From assembly GCA_028534125.1 (NCBI GenBank), contig CM052816.1, forward strand, positions 33,420,001-33,484,000: 64,000 nt of DNA, read 5' to 3'. Position 1 is the first letter of the stretch. Each line of letters begins with the position of its first letter. This stretch comes from Lama glama (taxonomy: Eukaryota). This document shows positions 27,394 through 40,199 of the stretch, piece after piece. The notes beneath the pieces were generated by a model that was given only the letters and a program-made list of their open reading frames with translations, made no database searches and was not told where the DNA came from. The position numbers and the translations under genes were made by a program.

Positions 27394-27472
27394 TGTTTTC
27401 TTTAACACTTTGAGAGCATAAGGCTTCTGGGTCCCCTTCTGTTTGCATCTGTACACAATGGATGTAGCACCC
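27394..27472 (-). CDS. CAMK4: CAMK4 coding exon 2 (79 nt): (R)GATSIVYRCKQKGTQKPYALKVLKKT, Gly-rich loop end plus catalytic Lys (YALK)
   Basis: Translation matches mammalian CaMKIV residues ~54-80. Acceptor ttttctttttgtctttttccccctcaag|GGGTGCT; donor AAAACA|gtaagt. It splices in frame to the exon at 4709. Confidence 0.97.
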
Positions 27473-28569
27473 CTTGAGGGGGAAAAAGACAAAAAGAAAA
27501 TGTTATGCTCTGGACAAGAAATCAAGGGGAAAGCTTGAAAATAAGTATCTCTTGCAGTTACCCTCATAACTGACAAGTGTTTAAAAGTTCTACTATAGGG
27601 TTGACCCAAATGTTGAGAGGATTTTTTTCTTACAACTAAAGACAGTTTACTCAGAAAAATTCTAGGTTTTCCAGTCTGTTCTTTTCCTCCTGGTCTATCC
27701 CTATACAAATAACATGCCCAAGGCTGTTGCATTTAGTCATGTCCGGAATAAAACAGTTTCTCAAGTAAACAGAGCTTTTGGCGACAACTACCCAATTTCA
27801 GAGTCCCTGAGCTTTTCTTAAAAAGCTTTTCTGTGTGTCTGGAGTAAAATTAGCCTATGGCTTTAGGAAGAGGGTTTAAGTTCAGCACAGGCTGTAAGGG
27901 TCATGATAGTCTCTACTACTTGACAAGGATGCTAGGGACATTTGAGAATTTACACCTCTTCATCTGATACACTGGCATTTTCCCAGAGCCAATGTTAGCC
28001 CCATAGAGATACTGGTTCCTTCACCTTGGTGAATACTGCTACCACTTACTTACACACACCCTAATAAAAATGATTATGTGAAATGTCCAGGATAAAATAT
28101 TATAGAAATGCAGAGAAAAAGTATCTTTATCCCTCTATAAAAAAAAACAACTTGCAGAAGTACAGAAAGTTTTTTAACCTGTAATGGAGAATGGTAAGAA
28201 GAGACGCAATAACTATCTTTATATATGTGATGTATGTGTGAGCTGACTAAAAAGAGAACTTAGAAAGCAGGACAGTGTGGTCCTGATGCTCCCTCTCCAG
28301 TCATGAGAGCAAGAGAATGAGACAGAGACAAAAAGAGACCAAACAGGCTTAAGTACAACCTTAGAAAGAGAACTTCAGATAAGTCTTAAAATAAGATCAG
28401 TTGAAGTAAATCTGTCAGACTTTGAAGATTAAGCCAAAGGACCTCTTAATGATATATTTAGTCCAATGGTTCTGAAATTCTAAGTGAGAACAAAAGAATT
28501 ATAAAAATCAAGCCAATTCCCAGCTACCCATGCATAAGGAATTTTTGACAGAGTCAGGAAGAGTCAGAA

Positions 28570-30912
28570 ACTGGTGCTGTAAATACTAAAAGATAAGAAA
28601 AATTTCAACACAGTTTTTGAAACTCTGGTAAGATATATACACAAAGAAACAAAGAGCTATAATGGAATAAACAGAGGTAAATATAAATTTCTACCTTCTT
28701 TATTTTTAATTGCTCTAAACAATACTTATCTAAAGCAAAGATATTAACAATTCATTGTATATATGTAAAAGTAAAATGTATGACAGCAAAAGCACAAAAA
28801 TAAGGGGAAGAAATTGAGAAAATACTGTTAAGCCCTTACACTACATGTTAAGTAGTATGATATTATTTAATGGTAAATTGCAGTTAATTAATGATGTATA
28901 TTGTGTAGCCTATGACAATGAATAAAATAATTTTTAAAAGAAAAAAATCAGTAATGAAGCTAAATGGAATAATCAAAAATGAAATGCAGGGGGAAAACAA
29001 AATAAGAGATTAAAAAATAAAACAGCTAACAATATGATAGATTTTAATCTAGTCATATTAAAGTCACATTAAATGGAAACCTAGAAACATATCAATTAAA
29101 AATAAAGATTAGATTGAAAAATCAAGACCAAACTATCTACTGTGTACAATAAACCCATTTTAAATATAAAGGTAAGTAGGTTAAAAGTAAAATGATAGAA
29201 AACAGATACTATGCAAACACTAATCAAAAGAAAGCAGGAATAGCTATATTAATATCATGTCACCAAATTCAGCATAAGGATAAAGATGGACATTATTTAA
29301 TTATTAAGGGATCAATTCCCTCAAAAAACATAAGAAATGTAAATATGTATGTATCTAATAACAGCACTTCAAAATACACGAAGCAAAAACTGACAGAACT
29401 GTAAGGAGAAATAGACAAATCCACAAATACAGTTGAAGACATCAACACATCCTCTCAGCAATTAATAGAGAAGGTAGACCAATTATCACCAAAGATACAG
29501 AGGACATAACATTATCAACTAAAGTAACCTAAAAGACATTTAGAGAACCCTACACAAAACAGCAAAATATACCTTCTCTTTAAAGTTGGAAGATTCATAT
29601 ACTTGACTTCCAATCTTTGTATAAAGCTACAGTATTTAATAGAGTGGTATTGAAAAAAGAAAAAAAATGTAGACAAATGGAATGAAAAAAAAGAACCCAG
29701 AAATTGTCCTACACACATATTGGTAATTGATTTATGGCAAAGGTAAATAAGCAATTTGGTGGAGAAAGGACAGTCCCTCCAACTATAAACAGTGCTGGAA
29801 CAACTGGATACACATATGCAAACAACAAAAACAAAAAGCCTTTATTCAAACTCATGCTCTACCAAACAATTATTCAAAATGGATCACAGATAGAAATGCA
29901 AAACACAGAATACTAAAACTTAAAAAAATAGAAGAAAATTTTGTAACATTGATTCCTTACATACACAATCAAAAGCACAATAATTCAAAGAACAGATAAA
30001 TAAACTGGATATCATTTGAATTAAGAACATCTGCTTTTTGAAAGCCACAGACAAGGAGAAAATGTTTATAATCACATATCTAATAAAGTATCTGGATTAG
30101 AAAGAAACTCACAGCCCAATAAAAAGAAAGTAATGCATTTTAAAGATGGTCCAAAGATTTGAACATATACTTCACCAAAGAAAATATATGGATAGCAAAA
30201 AGCACAAAGAAAGATGCTGAATACCATTAGTCATTAAGGACACGTAAATTAAAACCATAATGAGACACAACTGCACAGTTATTGGAATGCCTCAAAAAAG
30301 AGAGAAAGACAATACTATGGCTGGCAAGGATGCGAAACAACTGAAACTCATACACTGCGGGAGGGAATGCAAAATGATACAGCCACTCTGGAAAACAGCT
30401 TGGCAGCTTATTATAAAATTAAGAATACCATATGATTAAAAGTTCACTCACAAACTTGAACATGAGTCTTTATAGCAGTTTTATTAGTGATCAGGAAACA
30501 CTGCTGACAACTCCAATATGCCTGAACTGAGAAATGAGTAGAATACTATCCAGAAATAAAGAGGAATGAACGAGGGTATATACAACAACTTACATGATTC
30601 TCTAATATAATATCCTAAGTGAAAGAAGTCTGGTTCAAAAGAATATATATTATATGACTCCATTTATATAATATTCTTGCAAAGGCAAGACCATTGGGAC
30701 AGAAAATCAGTGGTTTGGAGATTGGGGAGGGACTGACTACAAGTGAGTATGGGAGAATTTTCTAGCACAGTAAAACTATTCTATATCTTGACTGTGTTAG
30801 TTTTTACACAACCATATACATCTGTCAAAATAGGCAGAACTGTACAATAAAATACATGAAATTTATAATTAAAAATTATAATTATATAATACAATTATAC
30901 CTTAATAAAAAT
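28570..30912 (+). mobile_element. Ancient LINE-1 (L1MC/L1ME-like): inter-ORF region, endonuclease part, internal deletion, ORF2 3' part and 3'UTR
   Basis: ORF 29192-29404 gives endonuclease motifs YANTNQKKAGIAILIS, DKDGHYLIIKGSI and KYTKQKLTEL. Late-ORF2 sequence runs from 29581 and the tail ends tataccttaataaaa. Confidence 0.85.
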
Positions 30913-31429
30913 ACAGTAAAAACCTTTCCAAGAAAACTATATTGTTCAAAAGATTAAGAAATCACATTACCAAAATATAGCCTATAACAGTCAACTTATT
31001 CTACTTTCATTTAATGATAATTGGAGAAATTAAAAAAAAAAAAGAAACAGAAAATGAGAGAAGAAATTTAAGGGAAAGTGATTTGCAAACATTGAAGAAA
31101 ACTAAAAATCTAGTATTAATTTTATACCAATTGAAAAATTAGTATTATTTGAAAATTCATGTAACAGAAAGTATATTAAATAGCATTCTTTAATTTCCTT
31201 ATCACATTAACTTAACCTGTCAATAATTTCAATATATAAATCCTTATCATAACAAAAGCTTTCAAAGAGATTTTAACAAAATACATTCTTGTCTGATCAA
31301 CTTCAGGACACAAGTATGCTAGAAATAACTTATTTTTTTAATTTTTAATTTTTGTATATGAGGAATACATTAAGAAAGTCAAATTTATTTTGCTAAGTAA
31401 TAGACTTGATAAAATTAATAGAGTTTTTA

Positions 31430-31578
31430 ATTTTTTCCAGCTATACTGAGATATAACTGACATATAACATTGTATAAGTTTAAGGTATAAAATGTAATGA
31501 TTTGATATAAATATATATTGCAAAATGTATACCATAATATGATTAGCTAACATATCCATCATCTCACATAGTTATAAT
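31430..31578 (-). mobile_element. Short LINE-1 3' tip (L1MA9-like)
   Basis: ttttttccagctatactgagatataactgac...catccatcatctcacatagtta. Confidence 0.8.
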
Positions 31579-34500
31579 CTTAGGAACAACTTTTTAAAGG
31601 ATGGAAAGATTAAATTAAAAGAACAGAACAGCCCAAATAAACTTATATGAAAATAATATTTCAGTAATTAATATTCTTTGCTGAAGTTAAACAATTATTT
31701 TAATTCATTTAATGTGTGTAAATATAATTTTAGAAAGAAACCATACTTACTGTATGTTTATATAAAGATAAAAAGTATTTTCCATATAAGCAGAAAAATT
31801 TTAAAACCTAGAGAACATTTCGTATCCATATTTCAAAATAGATTTCATAAAGAGAGAATCACTATAAAATTTCCTGAGATACAAAGGAAGCAAGGAGACT
31901 ACATTAGAGGATTTTATATTCATGGAGCTATTCACTTGGAAGAAAAAGCTTCACTACTCATTTCTATTCATTTATAATATATTCTTTATCATAAAGGCCA
32001 ATGAATACAGAAATTAGTTAGAATTTTTTCTGCTATAATTTTGATGAGAAAGAAAATCAATACCTTTTTGGAGTCTAGGCCTCACTTCTTTTACATTTTC
32101 TTTAAAAGAAACTTTTGAAAAAATCCTTTTTTAGGTCTAAATTTGTCTATATGGTTGATAACTTTTAAAAAAAGTTAAAACCAAAAGTTAAAAATCTTGA
32201 CTACCATGTTTCATTGCAGAGAAGGAGAAAGTAGCCAAACTTATAATGTGTTTGTAAAATCACTTATAGCACCTGTACATGATACCCATAATATTATGTA
32301 TATGTTATTATACATACATATACTATATAGATAGGTAGATATAATACACTTACAACATTGCCCCTGTAAAGCTGTCAAGAAACATCTGATGGTGGTATCT
32401 GGTACTGTGCACCAAACTTATGGATGTGAAGGAAAAGCTCTAGATACATTATTTATTTGCCTGAAGACAGCTCAAGCAGTGTTACCACATTTAGTACTAT
32501 TTATCACAGAAAAGGGGGCTTTTTATCCTGTAGTTCATCTTTACATGTTCCTCATGCCCAATTCTTAAGGAACAACTATCAAAAATGTTTTTCATCTCTT
32601 TTAAAACATAGCTTTTCCTTTCTTCATAATCTCACCTTTTTACTCTTCCCTTTTCTCTCCTTTCTTCTTTTAAAGAAAGCTAGATTGATTTAGTTTAGTT
32701 TTTCCCTTCAAAAGAAATCTAAGCACATTGACATAACTGTTCACACACCAGCTGAGAGAGATATCCAAATGCATTCAAAGGGCCAGGTAAAGATCAAATC
32801 TGATCCAAAATGGAAACAGGAAGTCTGAAATCTAGATTCACATCAATGTTTTAGGGAATTAGGATGACTGCACAATGTTAAGAGAATTCAGAATCACTAG
32901 CATTCTCCCATTACGAGAGGTTATAAGTCAGAGACTGGTTTTCTAGGGGAGGATCTAGTGGAACATTTGAGATTGCTTAGATTGAAGCAACAGAGCTGGG
33001 CTTCCCTTGGTACCAAACCTAAAACTTGCTCTTTGGAAATGCATGAGGACTTCAGATATGGGATCTTGTAAAATCACAGAAGTCTGAAAGGAAGGACTGA
33101 TGACTACTCAGATGTTTGGCCCCAGCTGTATCTCTATAATGATATGCTTCACAGCCACGCCAAACTGTCTTTGTTAAGGATATTAGGCCTCATAGGTCAT
33201 GGAAGATTTCAACTTTTTTTTTTTTTTAAATGAGAGGAGTCTTGAAATGGAACCAAGGAATCTTATCTTTTTCTGATGTTGAAGGTGCTTGGTTAAAGAA
33301 TATAGTAAAGTCAAAATGTTAATCTTTTTTAAACTTTTCAATGCATTTATTTCTTGTTTTTGCATTTGATTTTAAAATTTTTTATCTGAAGATGTGTATG
33401 TGCTTACAGGAAAGATTTCCCTAATGCTTATTGTGAAAGGTTTGAAAGTAAAGCTGTGATTTATAAGAACTGTCAACCAGGTGTTGAAAACATGTGTGCA
33501 ACTCTATATAGCATCGTATTTCTTCCACATGATTGACTTGCTATTACTTAACAAGCTTATTCTTTTCATTGACTTTTTCAGATTAGATGAATTATTAAAG
33601 AAGACTGGTTACAACCTCAAAATTGATTTTTCTTGGGGGTGAAAGTAGAGTCATATTCAGGAATAGGAGCCTGAAAAGTCAAAAATCTCGTGTTTGATGT
33701 CAGCATACATTCCAGTAACAGATTTTTATTGTTTCATTTTCCATCTCTGTCAGCTGCTACTAAAGAGTTTTAAGATGTTCTCTGGTTACCAAAGATTTTT
33801 TTTTTAAAGATCTAAACCTTAAACCAACAAAGAACAAAAGAAAAAAAGTGCTGAAATGATTTAATTACTGATTTGGCATTTTCAAGCTACATCTTGAAGA
33901 ATGGCTAACCTTTAGAATTTAGAAAGTTGTTATTAGAAATGGAGGTTTTCCAAGTCAGTTAAATTTTACAGTCCTCAAGTAAATCTCAAAAATATCATGT
34001 TGAGGAATGATATTGAACCCCAGATCTTAAGAAGTGCTCAAGGTCCAGACTTTTAATAAACTTGAGTTGAGAGTCTGTCCATAACTGCACTCTCCCTTCT
34101 CTGGTTCACTTACTTGCTGAATCTTGCAGGGGGCAAGAACAAGCACTGCATTTCAGTATCAGGGTCATCTCTCAAGGACTTATACTGACTCTTGTACCTG
34201 TCTCCCTGACAGATTCTCATTTGTTATTTCACCCTGATGTCAGTTTAGTCTATATCCACTGTATTTTATGTCTAATTCCTGACCTATACTCCCTTCCCCA
34301 AGGGCTTAACCTACACCAGCAAGGGCTTAACTCTTTAATTTTGATCACCAAACTCAAATCATGAACCGTCATATTCTCTACTTAGTGTGTCTCCAGTTTT
34401 CTTACAACCATGCTCATCTGGTTAACAATTTCTTTTAGGAGTTGCCTGATAACACCTAGCTGTGATTTTGCTCCTAGTGTCTGAATCTCTGCAAGGACTG

Positions 34501-35079
34501 GCTGAAATATAATTCCTTCTTGTTTCAAAAATTTAACTAAACCCCTGTCCTAAGATAAATTAAGAGCTTAATAAGCTTTGGAATCCAAATGTTGAATTTT
34601 TGCTACCACAAAATAAACAAAAAACAGCTTCAAATTAACAATTTGCCTTAAGTATTTGTTCTCAATCACAAAGTGAATGACAGTAAAAATTGACGATATA
34701 AGAGGTCTTAATACTCTTGTCAGTTCTTCCCTTTGTTTGCTTCAAAATATTTAATACCTCCTATGTTAGCCATTAGTATCAATTATTCAAGCTTTCTATG
34801 GAGACTCTGATTATTCTTCTTTTCTATTTGAACAGGTATGTGCACATGCATGCAGCACACACAAAGAACTGAATTTCCAATCACAATACATTATGAGGAC
34901 AGCTATGACTGTTCTTTTTTCACATTTATCCTCTGTTGCCAGTCCTATCCCCTTCTATTCCATACCCTCTACTATAATATATCTAATATCTATCCATCTA
35001 ATCCAACTTCCACACCTTCACTTAAGCTTATTAATATCAAATGCAGTATATGCTATTGTTTTTACATGCTATTTATCAT

Positions 35080-36059
35080 ATTTTCTGGCTTTACTGAGAT
35101 ATAATTGACGTATTACATTGTGTAAGTTTAAGGTGTATAACATGTTGCTCTGATACAAAAATATATTGTGAAATGATTATCACAGCTCTGTTAGTTAACA
35201 CTTCCATCATCTGAGGCGATCTCACATAATTATCATTTCTTTTCTGTGGTGAAAACATTCAAGATTCACTCTCCTAGCAACTTTGAAGTATCTAAGGTAG
35301 CACTATTAACTAGAGTCACAACACTGTACATTAGATTCCCAGAATGTATTCATCTTGTAACTGGAAGTTTGTACCCTTTGACTAACATCTTCCCACAACC
35401 CTCATCTCCCAGCCTTTGGCAACCACCATCCTACTCTATTTCTATAAGTTTGGCTATTTTTTATGCACATATAAGTCATATCACATAGTATTTGTCTTCC
35501 TTTGTCTGACATTTCACTTAGCATAATGACCTCAAGGCCCATTCTTGATGTCACAATAGCAGGATGTCCTTTCACATTGCTGAATAATATATACATATAT
35601 AATATATTATAAAGAAGATGTGATATGTCTACTGAATAGATACTTGGGTTGTTTTCATACCTTGGCTATTGTGAATAATGCTGCACTAAACATGGAAGTG
35701 CAGATATCTCTTTGAGTTCCTGGTTTTGTTTCCTTTGGGTATATATCCAGAAGTGGGATTGCAGGATTATATAGCTCTGTCTTTAATTATTTGTGGAATC
35801 TCCATACTGTTTTCTATGGAGGCTACACCAATTTACAACTCAAGCAACATAAGGATTCCCTTTTCTCCATATTCTCACCAACTCTTATCTCTTGTTTTCT
35901 TGATGATAGTCATTTCAACAGGTGAGGGTGATACCTCATTGTGGTTTTGATTTGCATTTTCCAGATGATTACTGGTGTTGAGAATCATGTCATATACCTA
36001 CTGGCTATTTGGATGTCTCCTTTGGAAAAATGTTTATTCAGCTCCTCTGCCCATTTTTC
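35080..36059 (-). mobile_element. LINE-1 (L1MA9-like) 3'UTR + ORF2 C-terminus, interrupted by a younger L1
   Basis: Reversed 3'UTR, then ORF2 tail (MGLEVIMLSEMS on the - strand). It resumes briefly at 36845-36870 (catttttcaatcgg). Confidence 0.9.
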
Positions 36060-36848
36060 TTTTTTTGTTTTTCTTTTTTTTTTAACATTTTTATTGATTC
36101 ATAATCATTTTACAGTGTTGTGTCAAATTCCAGTGTTCAGTACAATTTTTCAGTCATACATGGACATATACACACTCATTGTCACATTTTTTTCTCTGTG
36201 ATTTATCNNNNNNNNNNNNNNNNNNNNNNNNNNNNNNNNNNNNNNNNNNNNNNNNNNNNNNNNNNNNNNNNNNNNNNNNNNNNNNNNNNNNNNNNNNNNN
36301 NNNNNNNNNNNNNNNNNNNNNNNNNNNNNNNNNNNNNNNNNNNNNNNNNNNNNNNNNNNNNNNNNNNNNNNNNNNNNNNNNNNNNNNNNNNNNNNNNNNN
36401 NNNNNNNNNNNNNNNNNNNNNNNNNNNNNNNNNNNNNNNNNNNNNNNNNNNNNNNNNNNNNNNNNNNNNNNNNNNNNNNNNNNNNNNNNNNNNNNNNNNN
36501 NNNNNNNNNNNNNNNNNNNNNNNNNNNNNNNNNNNNNNNNNNNNNNNNNNNNNNNNNNNNNNNNNNNNNNNNNNNNNNNNNNNNNNNNNNNNNNNNNNNN
36601 NNNNNNNNNNNNNNNNNNNNNNNNNNNNNNNNNNNNNNNNNNNNNNNNNNNNNNNNNNNNNNNNNNNNNNNNNNNNNNNNNNNNNNNNNNNNNNNNNNNN
36701 NNNNNNNTCCTGGGTCATATGGTAAGTCTATTCCTAGTCTTTTGAGGAATCTCCACACTGTTTTCCATAGTGGCTGCACCAAACTGCATTCCCACCAGCA
36801 GTGTAGGAGGGTTCCCCTTTCTCCACAGCCTCTCCAGCATTTGTCATT
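36060..36848 (-). mobile_element. Young lineage-specific LINE-1 3' part spanning the assembly gap
   Basis: Poly-T at 36060-36083. The 3'UTR nearly matches the reverse complement of ~55660-55780. 36708-36848 ([19 protein letters not shown]) is almost identical to 61238-61378. Short TSD-like catttttc on both sides. Confidence 0.9.
36208..36707. other. Assembly gap (500 N)
   Basis: Run of n bases. Confidence 1.
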
Positions 36849-36870
36849 TTTCAATCGGTTTTTTTTTTTG

Positions 36871-38860
36871 CCTTTTAATTGCAATATTTAGTTCATTTAC
36901 ATTTAATATTAGAGATATGGTTGGGTTTAAGTCTTCCATATTGCTATTTGCTTTTTATTTGTTTCATTTATTCTTTGTTTCTTTTTCTATACTTTACTGC
37001 TATCCTTTGAATTGAGTATTTTAGTATTTTCAGTATTCTATCTTATCACTTCTCTTGGACTTTACAGTACACCTCATTATTTTAGTTTGTTAGTGGTTGT
37101 TCTCAGGATTACAATGTGTATCTTTAACACAGTCTGCTCATAGCTAATACCATAAAGTCTAAGAATCTCAAAACAGTAATTCCATTAACCACTTTCCCTC
37201 CCTTCTCTATTCTTTGGCTATTGTTTTCACATATTTTACTTCTGCAATGATTTTATTTTGTTTCAAATGACTAGTTGTTTTAAAAGATATTAGGGGAAGA
37301 GTGAAAAAGTCTTTCATATGACTAACATCCTTGTTTCCAATGGTCTTCATTCTTTCCTATACATCTGAATTTCTGTCTGGTATTATTTTCCTCCATCCCA
37401 AAGAACTCCCTTTAGTAATGCCTGCAGTTCATGTGCACTGACAATAGATTTGTTCAGTGCTCATTTATTTTAAAATGTCTTTACTTCACTCTCATTTTTG
37501 AGAGATATTTTTCCTAGATATAGAATTCTGGAGTGACAGGGCTTTTCCTTAGAAATTAAAAGGTGTTGTTCCACTATCTTCTGACCTCCATTTTTTTCTG
37601 ATGAGGTATTAGCCATAATTCATATAATTGTTCCCTGTATATTTCATATATTCTTTGGTTGCTTTAAAGATTTTTCCCTTTATCTTTGGTTTTTGGCTTT
37701 AGACTATATGCCTAGGTTTGGTTTCTTTTCACTTACTATGCTTGCTGCTCAATAAGCTTCTTGAACCTGCAGTGTCCCTTACCACATTTGGAAAATGTTG
37801 CCTATTATTTCTTTAAACATTTTTTCCTGCCCAATTCTTTCTTTCCCCTCCCTCTGGGAAACATATTATGTATATAGTAGCCTTGTTAATATTTTCCCAC
37901 AAGTTACTGGGACTCTGTTCCTTTTTTTTCCAATTGTTTTTCTTTATATTTCAAATTGGATAATTTCTATTGATTGTCTTCAAATTGGCTGACCTTTTCT
38001 TCTGTAGCCTCTATTCCACTTTTAAGGCTATGAAATTTTAATTTCATATAATTCACTTATCAATTCTAAAATTTCCATTAGGCTCTATTTTATAGTTTGC
38101 ATTTCTGTGTTGAGATACCCCATATGTTTACTCATTATGCCCATATTTTGTTTCATGGTCCTGATTGTATGTATTACAATTGTTTTATATTCCTCTGCTT
38201 ATTCCAACATCTGGGTCATTTCCAAGTCTGTTTTATTGACTACTTTTCCTCCCTTGATTATGGGTCTAATTTCCTGCTTTTCTGAATGTCAAGCTTTTTT
38301 TTTGATTGTGTAGTAGACATTTTAAAATGATATACACCAGAGATAATATAATGGATTATATTATCTTCTTCTAAAGAGAGTTGACTTTTTTTTAGTGGCA
38401 AGTAGCTAAACCATTGACAGGTCTTTCTGATCCCATCAAGTTTGGTTTTATCTGTTGTTAGAATAGATCTATTTGGATTTTTTCTTGGTCCAATGTCATG
38501 GCCTTTGCTCAAGGGTGTGATCTTTACTTGTAAGGTACAACCTTTTTGAGGTCTCAACCAAATACCTGAGGTGTTCAGTGAAGTCTCTCCACCCTGGCAT
38601 AGTCAGAGATCCATTATCTTCTAACAGCACGTGCCTAACTTCCTTTTGATATCTGTTAGCTTTCAGCCCCTCTACAGTTGTTCCTGCTTACCCTCATGAA
38701 GTCTCATCACACATCATCCCTAGTTAGAGAGCCAACATGAATATGGTACTCACTTTGTGATTTCCTTCTCTCAGGGATCAAAGCTCTTTACTGCCCACTA
38801 TTTACTGCCTGAAAACAATCATCTCATGCATTATACCCAGGTAATTTATGAAAGTTTAAG
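36871..38860 (-). mobile_element. Ancient LINE-1 5' part (ORF2 start, inter-ORF, ORF1, 5' region; L1M/L1ME-like)
   Basis: catttacatttaat...ggttgggtttaagtc is the reversed ORF2 start. tagatatagaattctgg and ctgatgaggtattagcc are reversed ORF1 motifs. The sequence is strongly T-rich. Confidence 0.78.
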
Positions 38861-39475
38861 TGTAGTATCTATTACTTCATCATTTCCAGAGCATAACTCC
38901 TCATTACAGTCTTAATTTTTATCACCTTATTGAATTTAAATCAGACATTATTGTTGCAAAAGAAAAAACAATATATTTATTCTTTATGCATTTATTAATA
39001 GTACATTACAAAAATGTTGACCAACCTTTGATTGAATGAGATTGGCAAATGATAAGTCTATGAGGACAGAATTAAGAAATTTTCCTTTGGTGTTCCCAGC
39101 AGCTTTTTAAACATCAACAACTTCTGTTATTGTTTCTGGAGAAGAAAGGAACTTTGAGGCATGAAATGTAATTTTATGATGTCAAAACACTGTGCCCCCA
39201 GTTTTTCCTGTTGAGTAGATGACCAAATAGACATATTTTAGGACAAAATAACTAACCCATTTTAGATCACAGGCCTTGAGACTACCTCCACTGCTGCTTC
39301 TAAACGAGTTATGTGACTGAGAACTGTTCCAGATGGCTGATACAAACAAGAAGAGATTTCATCTCTCCCAGCTGTGACTTAGTCTTGTCACTGGCATTTA
39401 GCTATGTCTACCATTTAATATTATGAAACTGTAAGGATTAGGAATCAGTATGATCACTCCTCCAACAAGAAGCTT

Positions 39476-39790
39476 AGCAGAGGCAAGGCTGGTAGCTTAT
39501 TTAGCACACAGATGTATTTGTTTGGCCGGCACAGGGTTTTTTTTTAAATGTTGAATGTCTTGCCAACATTTAAATATTGAGAGATTTCATTAAAAATTCA
39601 GATTTACAGCTACTCTTGAATCTGGAAACACTAATTTTTAGTTTGGACCCAGTAGTAGTTGGTACAGCCAGAGTAGCAGCTGTCTTTCAGAAAGGGCCTC
39701 TGGTCCCCTTACCTTTATGCATTTACACCACCTTCCAGCTTCTATGGCATACACATTGGCTTTCTCTGATCTAATTCATTCAGGAGGTAG
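39476..39790 (+). mobile_element. hAT-Charlie MITE (MER102-like)
   Basis: cacagatgtatttgtttggccggcacag...ttgccaacatttaaatattgagagatttcattaaaaattcagattt. Confidence 0.6.
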
Positions 39791-39924
39791 GAACAGTTGG
39801 CATTCAAAGCAGATAAATGTCTAAAGGCTCCCTTCCAGAGATGTACGTGGGATTATCAATTCCTAGAACCTACTCCACTTCTCTGTTTTAATACTCAGTT
39901 TAGTGGTTGAAAGTCCATGATTAT

Positions 39925-40101
39925 TATTCCATTTCACTGTATCAAACACACCACTGCTTTTAAGAGGCATCATTATGATTTGATCACTAAAAAAAGAAAA
40001 GTTGCTACCATTTAACTATGACATGGACTGAAAGCTGCATCTTGATTACAGAGACGTTAAAATGTGGAAGATTGTGTTTTTTAGTATTGATTAAACATGG
40101 T
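39925..40101. mobile_element. Possible Tigger-type DNA transposon relic
   Basis: gcatcttgattacagagacgttaaaatgtg...ttagtattgattaaacatggta resembles the end of a Tigger-like MITE. Confidence 0.35.
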
Positions 40102-40199
40102 AATATCATATATGAATAGAATCACAGATTAATAAAATGCTTTCTAGTTTACAAATCAATTTCAGCTTCTTTAGAATTTCCATTGTCAATGCCATAACC

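Noticed and set aside
27349..27732. 127-aa ORF as a standalone gene
   Set aside because: Only 27394-27472 is CAMK4 exon 2; the rest is intronic read-through past clear splice sites.
33380..33540. Possible hAT transposase C-terminal relic (CQPGVENMC)
   Set aside because: Similarity too weak and no TIRs found.
36120..36884. Long ORFs of 171-244 aa
   Set aside because: Artefacts of translating through the 500-N gap.
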